A stretch of DNA of 64,000 nucleotides, from positions 1,920,001 to 1,984,000 of the forward strand of contig CAWGRW010000009.1 of NCBI GenBank assembly GCA_963825135.1. Reading direction: 5' to 3'. The translations under genes were made by a program, and so were the position numbers. The notes beneath the pieces were generated by a model. The model did not search any database, was not told where the DNA came from, and worked only from the letters and a program-made list of their open reading frames with translations. This DNA comes from an uncultured bacterium. GTDB taxonomy: Bacteria > Desulfobacterota_D > UBA1144 > Nemesobacterales > UBA2774. Below are positions 1-9,293 of the stretch, one piece after another; the stretch's first letter is position 1, and every line of letters starts with the position of its first letter.

Positions 1-486
1 GACGTTCGTCGGCGGGAGCCCCTTCGGAAAGGCCATTGCCCAGGGCAGGTCCGACGGGACGCCGTAATCGTCCCCCACGAGGAAACAGCCGATCCTTCCT
101 ATGGCGTATGCGAGAGCGAGGGCAGGGGCGGCGAGGTCGCCTACGACCCACATGCTGAGTTTGTTCCTGTGGGCTATGAACCATACGACGGCAAGCGCGC
201 CGAAAAACCCGCCGTAATAAGTGAGCCCTCCTCGCGACAGGAGGTTGTTGAGGGGATGGCTCAGAATCTCCGACAGGGGTACGTTCTCGAACACATATAG
301 CAGCTTCGCCCCGACAATCCCGCCCGCCATCGTCGCGAGGAACATATTCCCCACGAGTTTGTCGTTAAGTCCCTTTCTCCCGGCTTCGAGCGTTATTACC
401 CAGTACCCGGCGATGAAGCAGAGCGCGATCATCGCTCCGAACGAAGATATTGAGAAGTTCCCGATTTTGACCAGTTCCGGATACAT
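1..486 (-). CDS. lgt: Prolipoprotein diacylglyceryl transferase (5' part; runs off the window edge)
   Basis: Manual translation from ATG at 486: MYPELVKIGNFSISSFGAMIAL...GGLTYYGGFFG...GRIGCFLVGDDYG...PWAMAFP, which are typical Lgt motifs; absent from the ORF track. Confidence 0.92.
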   Translation of the reverse strand, partial: MYPELVKIGNFSISSFGAMIALCFIAGYWVITLEAGRKGLNDKLVGNMFLATMAGGIVGAKLLYVFENVPLSEILSHPLNNLLSRGGLTYYGGFFGALAVVWFIAHRNKLSMWVVGDLAAPALALAYAIGRIGCFLVGDDYGVPSDLPWAMAFPKGLPPTNV

Positions 487-489
487 ACG

Positions 490-639
490 TTAACCCTTTG
501 TGCGGTCCTTCAGGCTCTTGGTTTCGGACTCTATCTCTTTTTTAATCCTTGCGTTTGCGGTTACCAGATAAAAAAGCATTGCAAAGAGTATCGAACAGAG
601 GGCGAGCTGTATCAAAAAGGCGGATGTGAGCGTATTCAT
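490..639 (-). CDS. Small single-TM membrane protein (49 aa) with CcmD-like architecture
   Basis: AGAGGAAG RBS then ATG; MNTLTSAFLIQLALCSILFAMLFYLVTANARIKKEIESETKSLKDRTKG*; stop lies 3 nt before the lgt ATG. Confidence 0.6.
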   Translation of the reverse strand: MNTLTSAFLIQLALCSILFAMLFYLVTANARIKKEIESETKSLKDRTKG

Positions 640-787
640 TGGCTTCCTCTAATACTTTGAACGGAAGAGCCTATAAGTCAAGTAAATTCGTTTTTCGCCG
701 GCAATCCAAAAAAAATTATTTCTTAACGCGACTTTAACACATTTTTACTTGAATAGACCAATAAAAAAGGGTAAATTCACTTACCAT

Positions 788-1387
788 ATGCTAACCGCCC
801 CCGTGTTAGTCCTTAACCGCTATTTCGTCCCGGTCACAATCACAAGCGTCAAAAGGGCATTCGTGCTGATGTACAGCGGAGTGGCAAAGGCCGTCGGCTC
901 CGGTTACGAGACCTTCGATTTTGAGTCCTGGTCGCAGATATCCGCGATGAAGGGGAGTGAGGACGTAATCAGGACCGTAAACGCGGTGATACTCAGCCCC
1001 CGCGTGATAGTGCTCGTAAGGTACGAAGGTGTCATCAGGAAAGAGGCGAAGTTCAACCGTATCAACATATTCAGACGGGACGGCGGTACGTGCCAGTACT
1101 GTGCGCATAAGTACTCCCGCTCGGAGCTGACGATCGACCACGTCGTTCCCCGCTCACAGGGCGGTAGGAGCGTCTGGGATAACGTCGTATGCTGCTGTGT
1201 TGACTGCAACAGGAAAAAGGGCGGCAGGACTCCGGAGCAGGCGCGAATGAGGCTCAAGAGGAGACCGAAGAAACCGCTCTGGGACCCGTTTTCGAACATT
1301 TACATCAAAACCGTGATGTACAAGGAATGGGAGCCGTTTTTGAATTTCGTCGATATCTCGTACTGGAACGTGGAGCTCGAAGAATAA
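788..1387 (+). CDS. HNH endonuclease (stand-alone, McrA-like)
   Basis: RDGGTCQYC...LTIDHVVPRSQGG...WDNVVCCCVDCNRKKG motif; ATG at 788 preferred over TTG at 749. Confidence 0.9.
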   Translation: MLTAPVLVLNRYFVPVTITSVKRAFVLMYSGVAKAVGSGYETFDFESWSQISAMKGSEDVIRTVNAVILSPRVIVLVRYEGVIRKEAKFNRINIFRRDGGTCQYCAHKYSRSELTIDHVVPRSQGGRSVWDNVVCCCVDCNRKKGGRTPEQARMRLKRRPKKPLWDPFSNIYIKTVMYKEWEPFLNFVDISYWNVELEE

Positions 1388-1506
1388 CATCCCTGTTTTT
1401 ACCGGAAATCTCGATTAAACTGGCATTTCGTTCCCCCATAGGCTAAATTTATTTTCGATTATTATCGTTCCGATAATCCGTATACTGATTTACAGGGAGG
1501 ACTACG

Positions 1507-2769
1507 ATGGCTTCTAGAATTTTTTTGATGTCGCTCACCGTTTTTTTTACGATCACCGCCTGGGCTTATGCCCAGATCAAGCTTCCGGACGTCACAGGTC
1601 CGATCATCCAGAGGATCCCGATAGTCATACCCGATCTCTCGAGCATAGGGTCCGCGGATCCGAAAGGGAGAGAGTTCGCGGAGGTCGTCAGGAACGACCT
1701 CGAGAACGCGGCTCTTTTTGATGTGAGCACAGGCAGCGGGGCTATCGCGGACGTAAACAACATCAGCTTCCAGTCGTTTTTCGATGCCGGGGCGGACTAT
1801 CTGATCGCGGGGCAGTACCAGTCGAGCGGCGGAAAAATAAAATACGCCGTTCAGCTGTACAACGTCAGGGAGGAAAGGCCTTTACTCGGGAGGTCGTACG
1901 AAGCCACTCCCGGGAAGGTGAGGGAAGCGGCGCACAGGTTCGCGGACCTCGTGATGAAGCAGATTACCGGGAACGACGGGTTTTTCACATCTAGGATAGC
2001 TTTCGTGCTTGGAGGGACCAGGAACAGAAACCTCTTCATAATGGACTACGACGGGGCGAATTTGAATCAGCTCACGAGACACGGCGCTCTTATTATGTCC
2101 CCCGACTGCTCGCCCGACGGCAGCGAGATAATATTCAACTCGGACAAGGTATGGGACCAGGACCTCTACCTGATCACGCTCAGGCCGGCCGTGACCGAGA
2201 AGAGGCTCACCCGCGCCTTCAAGCTGGAGCAGACCGCCGCATGGTCGCCAAGCGGGAATCAGATAGCCTTCAGCGCGAACGGAGACATATACGTCTCCGG
2301 TCCGAGCGGAAAAGGGGCGGTTAACCTGACGAGGAGCAGCGCCATAGACGTTTCTCCGACATGGTCTCCCGACGGGACCAGGATAGCGTTTGTGTCGGAC
2401 AGGGGCGGCAACCCTGCGATATACGTAATGAGCTCAAGCGGAAGCGGGGCTAGGAAGATCAGTTCCGGCGGGTACAGCACAGACCCGTCGTGGTCCCCGA
2501 ATCCCCAGGTCAACAAGATAGCGTTCGTGAAGGTCGAAGGGGGCGGTGCAAACATCTTCACGATCGGTCCCGACGGCTCAGGGGAGCAGAGGCTCACCTC
2601 AGGGTCGAGAAACGAGAACCCCGCCTGGTCTCCCGACGGTCATTACATTGCTTTCAGCTCCTCGCGCAACGGCGCAAAAGACCTTTACATAATGTATATG
2701 AACGGAGAGAACCAGAGGCGTCTCAGCCAGGGAGGGGGTAAAACTTTTCCAACCTGGTGCAGACAATAA
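1507..2769 (+). CDS. tolB: Tol-Pal system beta-propeller protein TolB
   Basis: Signal peptide, TolB_N-like domain (AHRFADLV..ITG..GFFTSRIAFV) and PD40 repeats (SPTWSPDG, NPAWSPDG). Confidence 0.9.
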   Translation: MASRIFLMSLTVFFTITAWAYAQIKLPDVTGPIIQRIPIVIPDLSSIGSADPKGREFAEVVRNDLENAALFDVSTGSGAIADVNNISFQSFFDAGADYLIAGQYQSSGGKIKYAVQLYNVREERPLLGRSYEATPGKVREAAHRFADLVMKQITGNDGFFTSRIAFVLGGTRNRNLFIMDYDGANLNQLTRHGALIMSPDCSPDGSEIIFNSDKVWDQDLYLITLRPAVTEKRLTRAFKLEQTAAWSPSGNQIAFSANGDIYVSGPSGKGAVNLTRSSAIDVSPTWSPDGTRIAFVSDRGGNPAIYVMSSSGSGARKISSGGYSTDPSWSPNPQVNKIAFVKVEGGGANIFTIGPDGSGEQRLTSGSRNENPAWSPDGHYIAFSSSRNGAKDLYIMYMNGENQRRLSQGGGKTFPTWCRQ

Positions 2770-2831
2770 CAGAGCGATCGCTATTCTCCGGCTTGTACAG
2801 GGCGTAACGACATCATTCTGCGGGTGAATTA

Positions 2832-3368
2832 TTGAGACTCTTTATAGCCGCGCTTCTGCCGGAAGAAGTCAAAGCCGTCATTGGCGCATATATAAGGGTA
2901 TTGAAGCTCCGGTGCGAGGGTGTGAAGTGGGAAAACGACGACAAGCTCCACGTTACTCTAAAGTTCCTGGGCAGCGTCGATGACGCCCGTGCGCGGCAGG
3001 TGTCTTTACTTATAGGCGCTCTCGTCCGAAACTATTCCCCGTTCGAAATGAGCGTATCGAATTTCGGCGGCTTCCCCGACCTCGGAAATGCCCGGATTCT
3101 ATATACCGGATTATCCGAAAACCCGGAGCTTTCGTCTCTTCAGAGCAGTATGGACGAGGGGCTCGGGGCCCTCGGGTTTCCGAGGGAAACGCGCAAGTTT
3201 ATCCCCCATGTCACTATAGGCAGGATCAAGAGCAGGCTCGAGATAAAAGAAACCCTGCCGATACACGAAAAATGTAAGTTCACGATAGAAGAGATAGCCG
3301 TCGTCAAAAGCGAGACCAGGCGGGACGGCTCGGTCTACACCCCTCTCCACATATTCCGTCTCCACTGA
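2832..3368 (+). CDS. thpR: RNA 2',3'-cyclic phosphodiesterase (2H family)
   Basis: MRLFIA start and two HxT motifs (LHVTLKFLG, PHVTIGR). Confidence 0.92.
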   Translation: MRLFIAALLPEEVKAVIGAYIRVLKLRCEGVKWENDDKLHVTLKFLGSVDDARARQVSLLIGALVRNYSPFEMSVSNFGGFPDLGNARILYTGLSENPELSSLQSSMDEGLGALGFPRETRKFIPHVTIGRIKSRLEIKETLPIHEKCKFTIEEIAVVKSETRRDGSVYTPLHIFRLH

Positions 3369-3399
3369 CACACAACGTGTGGCGCAGAATCTGCGCTCA

Positions 3400-3496
3400 T
3401 ATACCATACTTCCCTTCCTCCTTTGCTCAAGCCACCAACCGAAGCCTAACCCCATTCGACCTGAGCGCACACTTAGTGTACAGTCGAAGGGTCGAA
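3400..3496 (+). repeat. REP-like element (TTCGnCCTGAGC...GTCGAAGG family) with a shared upstream leader
   Basis: ctcaagccaccaaccgaagcctaaccccattcgacctgagc...cagtcgaagg aligns with 49993-50040. Confidence 0.6.
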
Positions 3497-3542
3497 AGAC
3501 ATAAATATTCCGCTTGGTAATACAGCAGGATGGGATAAAATC

Positions 3543-4178
3543 ATGATTAGAGAGATTAGTGAGGCTATGGTGCTCTCGAAACCCATGATGAATTCGACAA
3601 AAATCCTGATCGCCGTATGTGTATGGCTCCTGGCGGCGCTCGTTGCCGGGGCGTCGGGCCTCTTCTCCAGGCTCGTTCCTCCATTCCCCCAGGCCGTTCT
3701 GCTCGGACTCGTTATTGCTCAGGTTCTCGTATTCGTGTTTTCCCCAGGTTTCAGGGACTGGTGTCTTTCAGTCGACGTAAGGGCGCTCGTGCTATTCCAC
3801 CTTACACGTTTCGTCGGCATATATTTCCTGATTCTCTACTCGCAGGGCAGGCTCCCCTATGATTTCGCGGTGCGGGGCGGATGGGGGGATATAGCGGCCG
3901 CCGCGTATGCAGTTGTTTTAGTCATTTTCGTCAGGCCCGCGGGAAAGGCCGGCTGGTCCCTCTATCTGCTTTGGAACGCGCTCGGCTTTGCCGACATCCT
4001 GTTAGTTGTTATGACCGTGGCGAGACTCGCGTTCTCGGAGCCGGGCTCGATGGACGAGCTTTTGATGCTCCCGCTTAACCTCCTCCTGACTTTCATTGTC
4101 CCGGTAATCATCTTCACGCATATTGTCATATTCGTGAGGCTCCTTGCGGCAAGAAAGCGCGGATATACGGTTATCTGA
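3543..4178 (+). CDS. Hypothetical multi-pass membrane protein
   Basis: About six hydrophobic segments, H.TRFVG and GWGDI motifs; start codon uncertain. Confidence 0.75.
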   Translation: MIREISEAMVLSKPMMNSTKILIAVCVWLLAALVAGASGLFSRLVPPFPQAVLLGLVIAQVLVFVFSPGFRDWCLSVDVRALVLFHLTRFVGIYFLILYSQGRLPYDFAVRGGWGDIAAAAYAVVLVIFVRPAGKAGWSLYLLWNALGFADILLVVMTVARLAFSEPGSMDELLMLPLNLLLTFIVPVIIFTHIVIFVRLLAARKRGYTVI

Positions 4179-4201
4179 TACCGATACGTCATTGAAGTTA
4201 T

Positions 4202-5284
4202 TTATTCGGCTTCCCTATTGAGGAGCCTCCGCTTCCGCTCTATACCCCAGCGATATCCTGAGATGGAGCCGTCGCTGCGTATGACACGGTGACACGGTAT
4301 GGCGACCGCGATTTTGTTGGATGCGCAGGCTTTCGCTACGGCGCGCGCGGCTTTCGGCGACCCGATCTTCTCTGCGATCTCCGTATAGCTTGCCGTTGAC
4401 CCCGGGGGGATTTGGCGGAGCGCCTGCCAGACTCGCGTCTGAAAGGCCGTCCCCATCATGTCGAGCGGTAAATCCAGGCCCAGCCTCGGGGCTTCGACAA
4501 ACCCTACGACGCGCGCCACTAGCCTCTCGAACCCTTCGTCGCCGCCGATGAGCTCCGCGTTGTGAAAACGGTCCTGAAACTCCCTTATGAGAGCGCCCGG
4601 TTCGTCACCGAGCGTGATGGCGCAGATTCCCTTCCCGGTGGCCGCGACGAGGATCGCGCCCAAAGAGCATTCACCGACTGCGAAGCGAATAGATTCGCCC
4701 CTCCCGCCCGAACGGAATATAGTAGGCGTCATGCCGAGCATGTCCGTCGCCGCGGAATAAAACCGCCCGCTCGAATTGAACCCCGCGCCGTAGATCGCCC
4801 CGGTCACGCTATCCCTCCGGTTGAGTTCTTCCTTCACGCGCCTCGCGCGGAGTGCACCGGCGTATGCCTTCGGCGTGAGACCGGTCACGGCTTTGAAAAC
4901 GCGGTGGAAATGAAAACGGCTCATGCCGAGAGTATTAGCCAATTCATCGAGACTCAACATTTCGTCCGCTTCCTCCATCAGGCGGCAGGCTTTCACCACG
5001 AGGGCGGTTCGCTCGTCATGGAAAGCTGCCTCATTCGGGCGGCACCTTCTGCAAGGACGGAAGCCCTTCCTTTCCGCCTCTTCGCGTGTCGCATGGAAGC
5101 GGACGTTTTCCCTCCTCGGCAGCCGCGACCCGCACGAAGGCCGGCAGTAGACCCCCGTCGTCAGCACGGAATAGTAGAAAGATCCGTCCGCTCTCCTGTC
5201 GCGGCGCTCCAGCGCCTCCCAGCGGTCATCGTCGTTTAGCAATAACGTCATCACGGAATAGTTTATCGTCATTGTCGAAGACAT
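4202..5284 (-). CDS. ada: Bifunctional regulator / O6-methylguanine-DNA methyltransferase Ada
   Basis: TTGVYCRPSC and RPCRRC Zn site, AraC-type HTH, C-terminal IPCHRV active site. Confidence 0.95.
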   Translation of the reverse strand: MSSTMTINYSVMTLLLNDDDRWEALERRDRRADGSFYYSVLTTGVYCRPSCGSRLPRRENVRFHATREEAERKGFRPCRRCRPNEAAFHDERTALVVKACRLMEEADEMLSLDELANTLGMSRFHFHRVFKAVTGLTPKAYAGALRARRVKEELNRRDSVTGAIYGAGFNSSGRFYSAATDMLGMTPTIFRSGGRGESIRFAVGECSLGAILVAATGKGICAITLGDEPGALIREFQDRFHNAELIGGDEGFERLVARVVGFVEAPRLGLDLPLDMMGTAFQTRVWQALRQIPPGSTASYTEIAEKIGSPKAARAVAKACASNKIAVAIPCHRVIRSDGSISGYRWGIERKRRLLNREAE

Positions 5285-5411
5285 TACAGGCCTCCTTATT
5301 CATGTGTTTTATAGAGTAGCGACTTCCCAGTTACGCCGCACTCCGCTTCTTGCCCCCTAATTCAATATCCTCATGCTTGAAATCCGGCATCGAATCTGTG
5401 AGGATGATTGT

Positions 5412-6110
5412 ATGGGCGGCGACGATAAATTCGGCGGGTTCTGGAAAGAAACGTTTGATTTTTTAAGGGACCTCGAGCTCAACAACCGGAGAGAGTGGTT
5501 CGAATCCAACCGGGGCGTTTTCGAAGACCGTGTTCTCCGGCCGGCCCAGGATTTCGTCGTTGATATGGGAGAGAGGCTCAAAACCATATCCCCGCGGGTA
5601 TCGGCTATCCCCCTGATCGATAAATCGATATTCCGGATGTACAGGGACACGAGGTTCTCCGCGGATAAGACCCCCTATAAGACCCACATCGGACTCCTCT
5701 TTTGGGAGGGCCCGAGGAAAAAGCTCGAGAACCCGAACTATTACGTACAGCTCAATAAATCCTCGATCTTCGTAGGCGCGGGAGAGTACCGTTTCCCCGC
5801 CGATCTGCTCGGACGGTACAGGGACTCCGTGGTCCACCCGAGGCAGGGCGCTGAGCTAAAAAGGATTCTGGACCGGATAACCGCGAACCCGTCATATAAG
5901 ATAGGCGGCCGGCATTATAAGAAAGTCCCGCGGGGTTATGATCCCGGTCACACGAGAGCGGATCTACTGCTCCATAACGGCCTTTATACGTACTATGAGA
6001 GCGCCCTGTCTGACGAGGTGTATTCTCCCCGGTTCGTCGATTACTGTTTCAACATTTTGAGGGAGATGTCCCCGCTCTATAAGTGGCTGACCCGGGTCAA
6101 TCCTATATAA
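5412..6110 (+). CDS. DUF2461 family protein
   Basis: FLRDL..NNRREWF and FRMYRDTRFSADKTPYKTH motifs. Confidence 0.88.
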   Translation: MGGDDKFGGFWKETFDFLRDLELNNRREWFESNRGVFEDRVLRPAQDFVVDMGERLKTISPRVSAIPLIDKSIFRMYRDTRFSADKTPYKTHIGLLFWEGPRKKLENPNYYVQLNKSSIFVGAGEYRFPADLLGRYRDSVVHPRQGAELKRILDRITANPSYKIGGRHYKKVPRGYDPGHTRADLLLHNGLYTYYESALSDEVYSPRFVDYCFNILREMSPLYKWLTRVNPI

Positions 6111-6145
6111 TATATATAGCGTTATCAAAGATCGGGGAGGTCTCA

Positions 6146-6517
6146 ATGACGGACGAAGAGAGAAAATCGATAGCTACCGAATACCTGAAGAGTCTCGACT
6201 ACGGGAGGGACTTTTTCCACCTCTTCGCGGAAGACGCGGAGGTGTTCTTTCCGAACTGGGGAGTCGCCAGAGGCGCAGTCGAATACAAGAGGCTTTTTTC
6301 GGACCTGGGTGCGCGCGTCGCTGAATTCATACACCACCATGCGTACATAAACTGGATTATTCAGGGTGACATGGTCGTCGCCGAGGGGTCGAGCGAGGGG
6401 AAGCTCAAGACGGGCGAGAGCTGGACCGACAGCAAGTGGTGCGACGTTTTCGAGATCAGGGACGGGAAGATAAAGCGCCTGTACATATACCTCGACCCCG
6501 AGTATTCGAGATATTGA
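6146..6517 (+). CDS. NTF2/SnoaL-like protein
   Basis: LFAEDA, VVAEG and WCDVFEIRDGKI..LYIYLDP; GGGGAGG RBS before ATG 6146. Confidence 0.85.
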   Translation: MTDEERKSIATEYLKSLDYGRDFFHLFAEDAEVFFPNWGVARGAVEYKRLFSDLGARVAEFIHHHAYINWIIQGDMVVAEGSSEGKLKTGESWTDSKWCDVFEIRDGKIKRLYIYLDPEYSRY

Positions 6518-6532
6518 CGGGAAACGCCCATA

Positions 6533-6883
6533 ATGAAAATCACGAGAATATACTCGGACCCTTCGGGGGAGTCCCGCTTCGGCGAGATCGAGCTCGTCCT
6601 AGGTGACGCGGGCCCTATCGGAAGGCTTTCCGAAAGGTTCCCCGTGAATTCTATTATCTTCAGGGAAAACGACGCCGGCTACGATTACGACTGGCATAAT
6701 GCCCCCGAGAGGCAGTACATCGTCCTCCTCGACGGCGAGATAGAACTGGAGGTCAGCGACGGAGAGAAAAGGATATTCCGGGGCGGGGACGTGCTGCTTG
6801 TCGAAGACGTGACAGGCAAAGGGCACAGGACCAGAGTCACTAACAACAGGCCGCGAAGGTCTGTTTTCATTACGCTTGAGTAA
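6533..6883 (+). CDS. Cupin domain protein
   Basis: WHNAPERQ...G.IELEVSDG...GDVLLVEDVTGKGH cupin motifs. Confidence 0.85.
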   Translation: MKITRIYSDPSGESRFGEIELVLGDAGPIGRLSERFPVNSIIFRENDAGYDYDWHNAPERQYIVLLDGEIELEVSDGEKRIFRGGDVLLVEDVTGKGHRTRVTNNRPRRSVFITLE

Positions 6884-6909
6884 AGCTCAGAGCTTTCAGA
6901 GAGGTCGAT

Positions 6910-7842
6910 ATGCCGGACAAGATACTCGGGATCCACCACATAACCGCGATCGCTACGAGCGCAAGGAAGAACCACGAATTCTACACTAAAGTCCTCGGTC
7001 TCAGGCTCGTCAAAAAGACGGTCAATTTCGATGACCCCACGACATATCATTTTTATTTTGGAAACGAGCGCGGCGAGCCGGGAACAATACTGACCTTCTT
7101 TCCCTGGGAGGGGATAAGGAGGGGCAGGGCGGGCACGGGTCAGGTGACCGCCGTCTCATTTTCGGTTCCGGAGGGTTCCATGGGCTTCTGGCTCTACCGT
7201 TTCAGACATTATAACGTCACCTACAACAACCCCTCCTCCGTGTTAGGCGACGAGGTCCTCGTTTTCCTCGATCCGGACGGGCTCAAGCTCGAGCTTGTAT
7301 CCGATGCGGGTGACGACCGAAAGGTTTGGGACGCGGACGATGTGCCTCAAGAATTCGGCATCAGGGGATTCCACGGCGCGGCCTTGTCCCTCGAGGGCTA
7401 CGAGGCGACCGCAAAATTACTGACCGAGGTCTTCGGCTACGAGAAGAAGTACGAGAATGTAAACCGCTTCAGGTTCGTGAACCCGAACAGCGCGAATGCC
7501 AATATCGTCGACCTCGTCTGTCTCCCCTCAGGGCAACGCGGCAGTGTTGCCGGGGGAACGGTGCATCACATAGCTTTCAGGACCGCGAACGAGGGGAGCC
7601 AGCTCAGAATCAGGGAGAAGCTTCTTTCATTAGGCCACAACGTAACACCCCAGCTCGACAGGAATTATTTCAAGTCGGTCTATTTCCGCGAGCCCGGCGG
7701 GGTTCTTTTCGAGATAGCGACCGATTCGCCCGGTTTCGCGGTCGACGAGGACCTGGCTAATCTCGGTCGCGGATTGATGCTCCCCGACTGGCTCGAATTC
7801 AGGAGGGGCGAGATAGAAAGCGTCCTCCCTCCGATTGATTAG
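6910..7842 (+). CDS. Ring-cleaving dioxygenase (VOC/glyoxalase family, MhqO-like)
   Basis: GIHHITA, KKTVNFDDP.TYH, VHHIAFR, DRNYFKSVYFREPGGVLFEIAT. Confidence 0.92.
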   Translation: MPDKILGIHHITAIATSARKNHEFYTKVLGLRLVKKTVNFDDPTTYHFYFGNERGEPGTILTFFPWEGIRRGRAGTGQVTAVSFSVPEGSMGFWLYRFRHYNVTYNNPSSVLGDEVLVFLDPDGLKLELVSDAGDDRKVWDADDVPQEFGIRGFHGAALSLEGYEATAKLLTEVFGYEKKYENVNRFRFVNPNSANANIVDLVCLPSGQRGSVAGGTVHHIAFRTANEGSQLRIREKLLSLGHNVTPQLDRNYFKSVYFREPGGVLFEIATDSPGFAVDEDLANLGRGLMLPDWLEFRRGEIESVLPPID

Positions 7843-7850
7843 AGGCAAAT

Positions 7851-8480
7851 ATGAGCATTGTGCCCGCATTCGTTCACATCTACGTCCCTCCCGCCGACAT
7901 AACCATGGATAAAACGCTCCTCCTTCTTCATGGAACGGGGGGCGACGAGGAGAGCCTCATACCTGTCGCGGGCAGGATTCTGCCCGGAGCCGGGATCCTC
8001 AGTCCTCGCGGCAAAGTTCTGGAGAACGGTATGCCCAGGTTCTTCAGGCGGTTCTCGGAAGGGGTGTTCGATCTCGAGGATTTACGTTACAGGACGGACG
8101 AGCTCGCGGAATTCATCATCCGGGCCTCCGAATTTTACTCCATCGACAGGGGCATGCTGACCGCTGTCGGCTATTCAAACGGGGCCAATATAGCGGCGAG
8201 TATTCTTCTCACCCGGTCTGGCATCATCCCGACTGCTGTGCTCTTTCATCCGATGGTCCCTTTCATACCCGAGAGCCTGCCCGACCTCTCCGATACAGAT
8301 ATATTGATTACGGCCGGTAAGAACGACCCGATAGTCAGCCCCGAGGGCACGGAAAACCTGGCAGGGCTCCTCAAGGAAGCCGGAGCCCGAGTGGAGGTGT
8401 TCTGGCAGGAAAACGGGCACAATCTCACACGGGGTGAGATAAACGCCGCCGGAACGTTCCTCTCCGAATCCCGGATATAG
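7851..8480 (+). CDS. Alpha/beta hydrolase (MhqD-like carboxylesterase)
   Basis: LLLHGTGG, PRFFRR, GYSNG nucleophile, GH; the usual partner of the upstream dioxygenase. Confidence 0.9.
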   Translation: MSIVPAFVHIYVPPADITMDKTLLLLHGTGGDEESLIPVAGRILPGAGILSPRGKVLENGMPRFFRRFSEGVFDLEDLRYRTDELAEFIIRASEFYSIDRGMLTAVGYSNGANIAASILLTRSGIIPTAVLFHPMVPFIPESLPDLSDTDILITAGKNDPIVSPEGTENLAGLLKEAGARVEVFWQENGHNLTRGEINAAGTFLSESRI

Positions 8481-8562
8481 TTTTCATCAACTAAATCTAT
8501 GAAGTAAGATTATTAACTGAGAGGCTATATAAGCCGTCGAATAAGGCAAAGGGAGAGCCCGC

Positions 8563-9228
8563 ATGATCGATTTTTATACGTCCAACACGCCAAACGGGAG
8601 GAAGGTCTCGATAATGCTCGAAGAGACGGAACTTCCTTACAATCTGATCCACCTCCATCTGAGCAAGTTCGAGCAAAGGCAGGACTGGTATCTGAAGATA
8701 AACCCGAACGGCAGGATACCCGCAATAGTCGACCGCGATAACGACGATTTCGCAGTGTTCGAGTCGGGCGCGATACTCATCTACCTCGCCGAGAAAACGG
8801 GGCAATTCCTTCCCACGGACGTAAAGGGGCGATCTACGGTGATACAGTGGCTCATGTTCCAGATGGCCGGCATAGGGCCGATGCAGGGACAGGCTAATGT
8901 TTTCTACAGGTACGCGCCTGAAAAGATAGAATACGCCATAGGCCGTTACCAGCGCGAGACGAAAAGGCTTTACACCGTGCTCGACACTCGTCTCGGGGAT
9001 AGCGAATTCATAGCCGGGGATATTTACTCCATTGCGGATATGGCCGCGTACCCCTGGATTACGCTCCATAACTGGGCCGGGGTGGATATCGACGACCTTA
9101 CGAACCTCAGGAGATGGATGACTGCCGTCAGGCGCCGCCCCGCCGTGACGAGGGGCATGGACGTACCCAAGACAAAAAAGGTCGACGAGGGCGAGGCCGC
9201 GAAGAGGGGCTCGGCGCTTCTGGTCTGA
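8563..9228 (+). CDS. Glutathione S-transferase (YfcG-like)
   Basis: [41 protein letters not shown]. Confidence 0.92.
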   Translation: MIDFYTSNTPNGRKVSIMLEETELPYNLIHLHLSKFEQRQDWYLKINPNGRIPAIVDRDNDDFAVFESGAILIYLAEKTGQFLPTDVKGRSTVIQWLMFQMAGIGPMQGQANVFYRYAPEKIEYAIGRYQRETKRLYTVLDTRLGDSEFIAGDIYSIADMAAYPWITLHNWAGVDIDDLTNLRRWMTAVRRRPAVTRGMDVPKTKKVDEGEAAKRGSALLV

Positions 9229-9293
9229 ATCCCGGCTTCGCGCGCCGGTCTCTTCCGCGCTGAAAAATAACATGTGGAAACAGGAGTTGGAGC

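Noticed and set aside
5495..5510. GGTTCGAATCC, resembling a tRNA T-loop
   Set aside because: It lies inside the DUF2461 coding sequence (W-F-E-S) and has no cloverleaf around it
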